This document shows, one piece after another, positions 1 through 7,405 of a stretch of DNA of 13,793 nt. A program made the position numbers and the translations under genes. The DNA lies in contig JANOQV010000090.1 in assembly GCA_031414955.1 (NCBI GenBank), positions 1 through 13,793 of the forward strand. Reading direction: 5' to 3'. Position 1 is the first letter of the stretch. The number at the start of each line of letters is the position of its first letter. The notes below the pieces were generated by a model, which was given only the letters and a program-made list of their open reading frames with translations, was not told where the DNA came from and did no database searches. This stretch comes from Pedosphaera sp. GTDB lineage: Bacteria > Verrucomicrobiota > Verrucomicrobiia > Limisphaerales > SIBH01.

Positions 1-819
1 TCCAGCGCCGCGACGAGGCGGCCCACGACTTCATCGAGCGTCTCGACCATGCCGGCATAGACCGGATTGCGCTGGAGCGAATCAGGCTTCGCCTTCCCGC
101 GATACTTGTCGATCTGCGACTCCTTTGCCTGCCACGGCGAATGCACCTCGAACGCCCAGTAGTTCAGAAAGAACGGCTGATCCTTGTGCTGCTCGATGAA
201 CTTCACCGCCTCGTCGCACACGAGGTCCTCAAGATTGTCGCCGGGCTTTCCATGATTCTTCCAAACGGGGAACGGGTAGAAGAACCCTTTGCCCAACGGA
301 CTCGGCGCCGACGTGTGCGGAATGTCCACATCGAAGCCGTGCTCCAGCGGACTGTATGGTTCCGACCCGAGGTGCCACTTGCCGAAATGCGCCGTGGCAT
401 AACCCTCCGCCTTGAATGCCTTCGCCAGCGTGTAGTGATTCGTGGCGAAGCGCGTCACGCTCTCCGCCGTGCGCGCTTTCTGCGTCGGCGGCGCGGTGGC
501 GTTCAGCTTCTTTTCCAGCACGACTTTCGGCCGATGACAGTCCGGGGCCGTGATGCCGAGCCGGGCTGGATACAGTCCACTAAGAATGCTCGACCGCGTG
601 GGCGAGCACAGCGGGCTGGCGCGAATACGCGCGCGTAAATTTCATCCCGCGCCGCGCCAGTGCATCGAGGTGCGGCGTCTCGAAAAACTTGCTGCCGTAG
701 AGCGACAGGTCGTTCACGCCCAAGTCATCTGCGAGGATGAAGACGACGTTCATTTTGGGTTCTGCCGCGGCCACTTCGAGGCAACAGACCGTGAGAAGAA
801 TCGCGAGAATGGTTTTCAT
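1..819 (-). pseudogene. Formylglycine-dependent (Cys-type) sulfatase, with one frameshift at ~621; 3' end runs off the window
   Basis: ATG at 819 gives a signal peptide (MKTILAILLTVCCLEVAAA) then NVVFILADDLG...TPHLDALARRGMKFTRAYS. Removing one base at ~621 continues ASPLCSPTRSSILSG (CxPxR motif), GYATAHFGKWHLG and PFFLNYWAFEVHSP, with no stop to position 1. Could be an intact gene with a sequencing error. Confidence 0.88.
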
Positions 820-853
820 GGATTGGCTCGGGCGAGAGTGAGAATTCGATTCA

Positions 854-913
854 TCCCGAAATCCGAAGTTCGAAATCCGAGATGCGAAAGAAATCCGAAA
901 CCCGAAGGCCGAA
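854..913. repeat. Degenerate 7-nt tandem repeat (consensus ATCCGAA), 8 units
   Basis: tcccgaa atccgaa gttcgaa atccgag atgcgaa [agaa] atccgaa acccgaa ggccgaa, read directly from the sequence. Confidence 0.85.
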
Positions 914-973
914 AGGCCGCGTTCCAGAAGATGGGGCGTGCGATTAAAAGTGGTGGGCAGACCAGGAGGTGGA

Positions 974-994
974 ACTGCTCGCGCTGTGAGCAGT
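974..994. repeat. Short palindrome/hairpin
   Basis: actgctcgc-gct-gtgagcagt: 9-bp stem including one G.T pair. Confidence 0.5.
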
Positions 995-1058
995 CGCGGC
1001 GCGCTGCGCGGGCTAGCCTGCAAATCTCATAACCCAGAAGTAGAACTCGACCGGGTGC

Positions 1059-1127
1059 TTCCCACAGATTCAGGACAACCACAGATTTTTCGGAGCGGAA
1101 TCTGCGGGCGTCCCGAATCTGCGGGAA
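1059..1127. repeat. Inverted repeat built from CCRCAGATT units (family 2, copy 1)
   Basis: 29-nt arms at 1059-1087 and 1099-1127 (24/29 complementary) with an 11-nt loop; similar element at 10640-10715. Confidence 0.85.
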
Positions 1128-1129
1128 AA

Positions 1130-1305
1130 TAGGCTGAACAATGCGGGCTGGTTTTGTCACCGCGCGACAAAATCCACCACCTGATGCCCGCCACTTCCAA
1201 TCGCGCCCGGTCCTGGTGTCGGCCTCGGCTTCCGGCGTTTCGGCACAGAGCGCTGCCACTGGAGTCAGCGCCCAGGTCGGCAAGGAGTGTGAGCAGGTGT
1301 TTCAT
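1130..1305 (-). pseudogene. Remnant of the 5' end of a secreted-protein gene
   Basis: ATG at 1305, 29 nt after the DUF4832 stop: MKHLLTLLA(D)L, then after a frameshift ALTPVAALCAETP, a typical signal peptide. No recognisable mature domain before the palindrome at 1127. Confidence 0.45.
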
Positions 1306-1334
1306 GGTTTTGTTTGGCAGAGTCTCGGTGAACG

Positions 1335-3392
1335 TCATTCTGCCCTTTTGAGTCGTGTGTCGGTTAGGTCGAACTCCCCTTTGACATCACGCGGCATGGC
1401 GAAGCGCAGGGTGGTTTCGTCTTTGAACGCGGTTTTGATCTCGAACTCGACGATGTGCTCCTGCCACTGCCCAGTCAGTGGAATCTGGGCTTCCTTGGAA
1501 ACACGACGCCAGCCGTCGGCCAGCTCAAACTCGACGGACTGGCCAGACGTGCCACGCACGCGAAAGGCGAAGCGGTAGCGGCCGCGGTCGAGCTTGGTGG
1601 CATTGCCGAGGGTGTAGTTGAGGCTTGAGCCTTTGCCGAAGTCACCGGTGACTCGAATGACCCGGCCGCCAGCGGGGCCATCCGTGCGATTCTCTTTTGC
1701 CAGGCCATTGCCGTCTGCCTGGAGAGTCCAGTAGCGCCATGGGTTGATGAGTTCTTTTTTGGGATCGGCACTCCACGGCGCGACGACTTTCACTGGCGGC
1801 AGGGGTGGCATGCGGACGGCTAGAAATTTTTCAGGCACCTTGTAATGAAGGCTGTCGTCGAAGGCCGGGCTGTCGAATGAGATGTTCTTCAACGCAGCTT
1901 CCACGGGTGCCTCGCCGACGCCGATGAAGCCCAGCGGATGCCAGCCGCCACGGAAGTAATTCTCCATCGCAAAACGGGCGCTCGGCATCATGCCGCCCTG
2001 ACGGTCGAGGATGGCGAGGGCGAGGAGGTATTGGCCCGGCTTGATGTCCTGCGGCAGCGTGGCGTGGCCTTCATCGTGATGCGGCACGGCGGGGCGACGG
2101 TAAGCGAAAGTGCCGCTATCCCAATCCTCGCCGGGCAGCCATTTCCGAATGTCCACGCCGCTGATCGGAGCCGACCACACGGGCTTTTTCGTCACGGGAT
2201 CGAGCAGTGCCACGGCCACGGGCCAGTCGAGGTAGAAAGGGGCGCTGCCGGTGTTTCGCACGGTCAGTTTCACCGCCAGCTTTCCCCCCGGCTGCACGGC
2301 GAGCGGATAGCTTGCGGAATCGAGCACGAAGCGATAGCCGAAAGCTTTTTGAAGCTCTGCCGCGCCCGCCAGCACCTCGCGATTCGAGGCGTCGTAGTTG
2401 TCAATCCAGCCGAGGTAGCTCGCGTGGTAGCGCCGGATTTTGTCCACCATGTAGCGGCGGTAGGCCGGCACTTTCATCGTCTCATCGGGCGTGAGGCCAA
2501 AGGTCTCCTTGGGCTTCGCGCTCTCTTTCCTCTGCTGCCAGTTGTATTCCACCTCGCCTTCGATGGGCGCACGTTTCCAGATCTCGGGATACACATGCGT
2601 GGCCTGCCAGGGGAATTGCTCCTTGGGTCCATCGGGTGTCTCGCGGTCGAGATTGGCAAAGGTGTCGTAGTAAATGCCGAAGCCCGCCTGCATGAACTCC
2701 GCGTCATTGTGCCTGACCAGCACAGGCTTGTTCTTAAACGCCTTCTGAAAAGCCTCTGCAAGCAGTTGGCGTTGCTCTTTCGTCGGCGCAGGATTGTGAT
2801 GCTCGCCAAAGCGTCCGATGAGTCCCATCTGCACGGCGAAGATGCGCGGGTCTTCGTCCCAAGCTTGGCCCAGCTTCGCCACCAACCGCCGCAACCGGTC
2901 CTGAAAAGCGGGGCTGTCGTAATCGAAGGTGTGCAAATCAGCGGGCCAATGTTGCTTGGGATGTTTCTCTGTCCCGGGTTCACCATTCCAGTCGAGATAC
3001 ACGCGCGGCACGAGTTTGATATTCAGATCCTCAAAGCGCTTCCCCCTCGTGCTAGTGATCTTGGTCGTGTGGGCGATGACGCGCTCCACGCCGTCGTCCG
3101 CGCTGACCTCGATCTCGTTCCACTTGATGTAAGTGCGCTCCAAAAGCCCGTAGCCATCCTTCTTGTAATCGCGGAAACCTTTGAGCGGATTGTTGATCGC
3201 GCCTTGGAACTCGGGCGGCGCGACCGTAACCCAGCCGTCATTAACCGATGTTCCGATGGATCTCGAATCAGGTTTGTCATCAGCCAGACCGCGCTCAACT
3301 GGAGAAAGCGCCCACAATAAGAGAGCGAGAACCGAGACGGTTCGCCAAGCGGATCGCGTTTGGATGCGGGCGTCGGTGAGAGTGGGTTTCAT
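1335..3392 (-). CDS. Secreted DUF4832-domain protein (putative glycoside hydrolase-like) with C-terminal carbohydrate-binding-like domain
   Basis: 685-aa ORF with N-terminal hydrophobic segment and NNPLKGF motif. FGYRFVL...VRNTGSAPFYLDWPV...WLPG resembles DUF4832. The C-terminal beta-rich region (GRYRFAFRVRG...LTGQWQEHIVEF) resembles a CBM. Confidence 0.8.
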   Translation of the reverse strand: MKPTLTDARIQTRSAWRTVSVLALLLWALSPVERGLADDKPDSRSIGTSVNDGWVTVAPPEFQGAINNPLKGFRDYKKDGYGLLERTYIKWNEIEVSADDGVERVIAHTTKITSTRGKRFEDLNIKLVPRVYLDWNGEPGTEKHPKQHWPADLHTFDYDSPAFQDRLRRLVAKLGQAWDEDPRIFAVQMGLIGRFGEHHNPAPTKEQRQLLAEAFQKAFKNKPVLVRHNDAEFMQAGFGIYYDTFANLDRETPDGPKEQFPWQATHVYPEIWKRAPIEGEVEYNWQQRKESAKPKETFGLTPDETMKVPAYRRYMVDKIRRYHASYLGWIDNYDASNREVLAGAAELQKAFGYRFVLDSASYPLAVQPGGKLAVKLTVRNTGSAPFYLDWPVAVALLDPVTKKPVWSAPISGVDIRKWLPGEDWDSGTFAYRRPAVPHHDEGHATLPQDIKPGQYLLALAILDRQGGMMPSARFAMENYFRGGWHPLGFIGVGEAPVEAALKNISFDSPAFDDSLHYKVPEKFLAVRMPPLPPVKVVAPWSADPKKELINPWRYWTLQADGNGLAKENRTDGPAGGRVIRVTGDFGKGSSLNYTLGNATKLDRGRYRFAFRVRGTSGQSVEFELADGWRRVSKEAQIPLTGQWQEHIVEFEIKTAFKDETTLRFAMPRDVKGEFDLTDTRLKRAE

Positions 3393-3430
3393 GTCGTCTG
3401 TTGCAATTGAGGCGTGTGGTCGGAGTGCTT

Positions 3431-5986
3431 CTACGAATCGAGCGCGCCCGTGCGAATCGCCACCACGGTATCGTAAAGTCCGTAGTGCGTCAGCCCCTCA
3501 TGGCTCTCGATCCCGGTGTAGCGCAGCGAGGCGTCCTCGTAACGGCGGAAGGCGAAGACGGCTTGGTTCATGTGCTCGGTGTTGAATACCCTGAGCCCGA
3601 CGAGCAGGTGGAAATCCTTTACCGTCAGGCCGGTCACGATCAGAAACAAGTCGGGTTCAATCTTGGTGATGACTTGCTGTAGCGTGTTCTCTCGGAAGTC
3701 GGTCAGATACATGAACGCCGGGATGCGCGTGGCGAACTTGATGAGCTTCTCCTGCACCAGCTTCCGCTTGGACTTGTATTCCTTCTCCTCCTCGGTGAGC
3801 TGCTTTTTCTCTTTCGCCGACAAATCCTTTTCCTTCGCTTTGTTCTTGAGCGCCTTCACTTTCTCGCTCTTGTTGATGATGGTTTCGATGACGTTGTCGC
3901 CGAGCGCGCGCCAGCCTTCGATGCGCTCCACGGCGGCCATCGCCTCGGGGTTGTCGAGGATGCGGCGCAGCGTGTCGTTATCCACGTTCACCAGCATGGC
4001 CGATTCCCACTTGCGCGCGAGCAGCGTGGCCGAGGTTCCGGCCATCGCGATGTCGAGGATGCCGCCCGCATCAATCTGCGTCATGTTCGCGCCGTCGTAG
4101 GCCAGCACGGGCAGGAACGACACGAGGTCTCTCACGGCGTTCTCCGGGTTCGGCTCGCCGGGCGAAAGCCCGATCCCGTATTCAGAGAGCTGCCGCAGCG
4201 CGCGCGTCGGCGCAAAGTCGAACACGAAACAGATCGGCTTGAGAATTTCCTCCTCGTTCGGGTCGTCGCCGTTGGGGTTCTTGATGGACCACGGCGACTG
4301 CACGCGAAACGCCGCTTGGAAGTAGGTCTCCGGCGACTTGAGGTTGCGCAGCATCAGGATGGACGACCACTGCGGCACGGTGATGCCGGTGGTGAGCTTG
4401 CCGCAGGAGAGCGTGATGGTCTTGGTGTCGAAGCCGCTGCCGATGGCCTGGCGCACGGGCGGCAATGCTTCCAATCCGATGCCCGCCGCCGAGCCAGCGG
4501 CGACGAGTGCATCGTAGTCATGCCAGAAGACGTTGTGCTTCTCGGCCAGCAGGTTCGCCATCGCGTGACAGGCCGCGACGTTGGGCAGGAACCAGAACGA
4601 GTGCTGGAGATACGGCAGCAGGCGCACGTCCGAATACGGAAAGGGCGGGCGCGTGCCGGTCTTGAGCTGCTCCACCGCCTTGGCCGCATAGCCGCCGCGG
4701 ATGATGTCCAGCCACTTCTGCACGTCGCTCTTGTGTTTGAACTGCGCCTTTTTCCCGTCGCCCGACGCCTCAAAGAAAGTGTTCAGGTCGAACTCATCAA
4801 ACTCCCCGGCGCTGGCGATGGCCACCAGTTCGTCTGGCATTTGGTAGGTGAGGAGCCGCATTTGCGGCAATGCGCCGTAGGGATTCCACTGGCCAGGCTT
4901 CTTCGTCGCGAACTCCTCCTTCGCGCGCTGCTCGTCGGTGTAGGTCCAGTTGAAAATCTGCTCCTCGATGAACTCACCCGTGGCCAGCGCCTTGAACGGC
5001 GTGCCGGAGAGGTAGAGGTAAGCCTTGGTGGTGATGGGCAGGAACTCGGTCTCGCTTTCCGAGAGTTCGCTCAGGTCCACATTCACGCTTTCCAATCCGG
5101 CGGCGTATTCCAGCTTCGCCTCCTTCTTCGCGACCGCCTCTTCCTCACCCTCGAACAGTTCCTTCGCCGTCTCGCGCCAGGCACCGAAGTGGTATTCGTC
5201 AAAGACGACCAGGTCCCACTTCACTTTGTGGAGCCATTCGTTCTTGGCCTTGATGTTCCCCACATCGTCGCGGCCCAGCAGGTCTTGGAAGGAGCCGAAA
5301 TAGACGAGCGGCTTCTTGGCGGAGATGCGGGTCGGGTCGCTGTCGGAATTGCGGGAGAGGTATTGCCAGCCGTCAAAGTCCTTGTGCGATTCGAGGTCCG
5401 TCTGCCACGCATCCTCCACGGCCGGTTTGAAAGTGACCACCAGCACCCGCTTCGCCCCGAGTTTCCGGGCGAGCTGATAGGCGGTGAAGGTCTTGCCGAA
5501 ACGCATCTTCGCGTTCCAGAGGAAGCGCGGGACGGCGTGCATGTCCTCCTTCCAGATGGAGTGGAAATAATCGTGCGTCTTGTCCACGGCGGCGCGCTGC
5601 TCGGCGCGCATGGCAAAGGTCTCGGAGTGCGTGCCGGTGAACCGCTGCCCGGTGCGCAGTTCGGTGAGGACGGTCTTCACGTCCTTGAGCGTGCAGCGCA
5701 TCCATTCCAATTCCGTATTCGCGCAACCCCTCCGGGCGAGGGCGGCGCGCACGGCGTGGTCGGTGAAAATCGTGCCGTCATCGCGCTCGGCGGACTCGTC
5801 CAGCTCGATGGTGTAGTTCTTGATGTTGGCGGTCTTGAGCTGTTCGGCGACGCGCTGCTTCACGTCGCGCGTGGTCTGCCCGACCTTGAGCTGACCCGCG
5901 TGCGCCTTGTCCGCGATGGCGTAGGCGTAAATGCGCGGCCGGGCCTCCGGCTTGGGCGCAAGGATTTCTTCGATGGTCTTACTCAT
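3431..5986 (-). CDS. Restriction-type nuclease-helicase: N-terminal GIY-YIG-like (T5orf172-type) domain plus SF2 DExH helicase
   Basis: 851 aa from MSKTIEE. IYAY...LKVGQTTR nuclease-like N-terminus; Walker A-like NAKMRFGKT; DEYH; LSGTP; KLTTGITVP; QAAFRVQSP. The ATG at 5986 is supported by the two duplicated gene starts, which begin at the same ATG. Confidence 0.9.
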   Translation of the reverse strand: MSKTIEEILAPKPEARPRIYAYAIADKAHAGQLKVGQTTRDVKQRVAEQLKTANIKNYTIELDESAERDDGTIFTDHAVRAALARRGCANTELEWMRCTLKDVKTVLTELRTGQRFTGTHSETFAMRAEQRAAVDKTHDYFHSIWKEDMHAVPRFLWNAKMRFGKTFTAYQLARKLGAKRVLVVTFKPAVEDAWQTDLESHKDFDGWQYLSRNSDSDPTRISAKKPLVYFGSFQDLLGRDDVGNIKAKNEWLHKVKWDLVVFDEYHFGAWRETAKELFEGEEEAVAKKEAKLEYAAGLESVNVDLSELSESETEFLPITTKAYLYLSGTPFKALATGEFIEEQIFNWTYTDEQRAKEEFATKKPGQWNPYGALPQMRLLTYQMPDELVAIASAGEFDEFDLNTFFEASGDGKKAQFKHKSDVQKWLDIIRGGYAAKAVEQLKTGTRPPFPYSDVRLLPYLQHSFWFLPNVAACHAMANLLAEKHNVFWHDYDALVAAGSAAGIGLEALPPVRQAIGSGFDTKTITLSCGKLTTGITVPQWSSILMLRNLKSPETYFQAAFRVQSPWSIKNPNGDDPNEEEILKPICFVFDFAPTRALRQLSEYGIGLSPGEPNPENAVRDLVSFLPVLAYDGANMTQIDAGGILDIAMAGTSATLLARKWESAMLVNVDNDTLRRILDNPEAMAAVERIEGWRALGDNVIETIINKSEKVKALKNKAKEKDLSAKEKKQLTEEEKEYKSKRKLVQEKLIKFATRIPAFMYLTDFRENTLQQVITKIEPDLFLIVTGLTVKDFHLLVGLRVFNTEHMNQAVFAFRRYEDASLRYTGIESHEGLTHYGLYDTVVAIRTGALDS

Positions 5987-5988
5987 CG
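5898..5988. repeat. Helicase 5'-end direct repeat, copy C (functional gene start)
   Basis: 85/91 identical to 7317-7407; 5949-5986 is identical to 7040-7077. Confidence 0.95.
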
Positions 5989-7022
5989 CCTTTGTCCTCG
6001 TCACGTTTCTCCAGCGCCGCGAACGTATCGAAATCGCTTTGAAAGAGCTTGTCCTGAATCACGCGGTATTTCTCGAACTCGCCCTCGGCGTGCTCACGGG
6101 CGATTTCGGCGCTGATGCGCCCGGCGTCTTGCAGCACTTTCCGCTCATCCGCCGCGAGGAAGATGTCGAGCCGCGCCGCCCAAGCCTCCATCGTCATGGG
6201 CACGCGGCGTTTGGCGCGGCTTTCCGCCAGGTCGAGGTAGGCGTTCACGATGCGCCCCAAGTCTTCGAGTTCCGCCTCTGTCAGGTAGTTCTTTGCCACT
6301 CCGACGTCGCTTTTGAGAATTTTGCCGCCGGGGGCTTTGGCCCAAGTCGTCAACCCCATGCGTTCTTTCGTGTGATTCGCGCGCTGGACGATCAGCTCGG
6401 CAGCGGTGTTCCCGTGGACGGCGTAGTGCATCTTGTTCTGCACTTTGGCGAAGAACGCCTGCGTGATCGGCGCGTCCCGGTCGTAATCCATCGCCGTGGA
6501 ATAGAGGTCGGCGATCTTTTGATAAAAGCGCCGCTCGGACAGGCGGATTTCCCGTATCTCCTCCAGCAGGCGCTCGAAGTAATCCTCGTCGAGGAACGCG
6601 CCGTTCTCCATGCGCTTCCGGTCCATCACATAGCCCCGCAGCGTGTAATCCCGCAGGACTCCCGTGGCCCATTGCCGGAAGGCCGTGGCGCGCTTGGAGT
6701 TCACGCGGTAGCCGACGGCGATAATGGCATCAAGGTGGTAGTGCTTGATCCGGTAGTTTTTGCCGTCGGCGGCAGTTGCTAAGAAAACCTTAGCAACTGA
6801 ATCTTCCGCCAATTCCTTCCCGGCGAAGATGTTCTTGAGGTGCATCAGCACGTTTTCCGGTGTCGTCGCAAACAGAAGCCCGATGTTTTTTTGCGACAGC
6901 CAGATCGTGCCGTCCTGCACCCGCACTTCCACGCCGTCGCCGCCGGTCTGGTAGGCGAAGGTTAGAAATTCCGCCGTGCTGTTGCGGATGCGCACACTGT
7001 TCGGTGATTTCTTTTTAGGCAT
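5979..7022 (-). CDS. rhuM: Virulence RhuM-family protein
   Basis: 347 aa. TIWLSQKNIGLLF, HYHLDAIIAVGYRVNSKRATAFRQWAT, LLEEIREIRLSERRFYQKI and FFAKVQNKMHYAVHGNTAAELI are typical RhuM motifs. AGGAG RBS at 7033-7029, 6 nt before the ATG. Confidence 0.93.
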   Translation of the reverse strand: MPKKKSPNSVRIRNSTAEFLTFAYQTGGDGVEVRVQDGTIWLSQKNIGLLFATTPENVLMHLKNIFAGKELAEDSVAKVFLATAADGKNYRIKHYHLDAIIAVGYRVNSKRATAFRQWATGVLRDYTLRGYVMDRKRMENGAFLDEDYFERLLEEIREIRLSERRFYQKIADLYSTAMDYDRDAPITQAFFAKVQNKMHYAVHGNTAAELIVQRANHTKERMGLTTWAKAPGGKILKSDVGVAKNYLTEAELEDLGRIVNAYLDLAESRAKRRVPMTMEAWAARLDIFLAADERKVLQDAGRISAEIAREHAEGEFEKYRVIQDKLFQSDFDTFAALEKRDEDKGDE

Positions 7023-7035
7023 GGGCGTCTCCTGT

Positions 7036-7077
7036 CTATGGCTTGGGCGCAAGGATTTCTTCGATGGTCTTACTCAT
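7036..7077 (-). repeat. Helicase 5'-end direct repeat, copy B; 13-codon mini-ORF MSKTIEEILAPKP*
   Basis: 7040-7077 is a perfect 38-bp copy of 5949-5986; TAG stop at 7038-7036. Confidence 0.93.
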
Positions 7078-7087
7078 GGGCGCGCTT

Positions 7088-7405
7088 TCAGGGGGTGGTT
7101 TCAGCGCCAACGGCGCGGCCTAGGCCAGCCCAGGGCAACGCCCTGGGAACAATGCCCCCCAATATTTCAAGCCCTGAAAGGGCGGACCCATGCGGGGCCG
7201 CGTGGACCATTGCGTTCGCCGTTTTGGGCCGCCCTTTCAGGGCTTGGGATTTTATGGGGGACGCATACCCAGGGCGTTGCCCTGGGCTGGTGTTGGGCCG
7301 CGCCGTTGGCGCTGGGGCGTGCGCCTGGTCCGCGATGGCGTAGGCGTAGATGCGCGGACGCGCCTCCGGCTTCGGCGCAAGGATTTCTTCGATGGTCTTA
7401 TTCAT
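7088..7405 (-). pseudogene. Truncated helicase start (copy A, 7317-7407) fused in frame to the REP doublet (105-codon ORF)
   Basis: MNKTIEEILAPKPEARPRIYAYAIADQAHA matches helicase residues 1-30 at 28/30, then switches to REP-derived sequence. Confidence 0.85.
7102..7314. mobile_element. Inverted doublet of three-hairpin REP modules (REPIN/MITE-like, non-autonomous)
   Basis: Arms at 7102-7190 and 7225-7314 are inverted, with a 34-nt spacer. Each carries GCGCC-AAC-GGCGC, CCCAGGGC-AAC-GCCCTGGG and GCCCT-GAA-AGGGC, the same modules that flank the RAYT gene. Confidence 0.85.

Noticed and set aside
5987..7052. Longer starts from the ORF track (helicase 6004, rhuM 7052)
   Set aside because: The RBS supports rhuM at 7022, and the duplicated gene starts and stop/start overlap support the helicase at 5986
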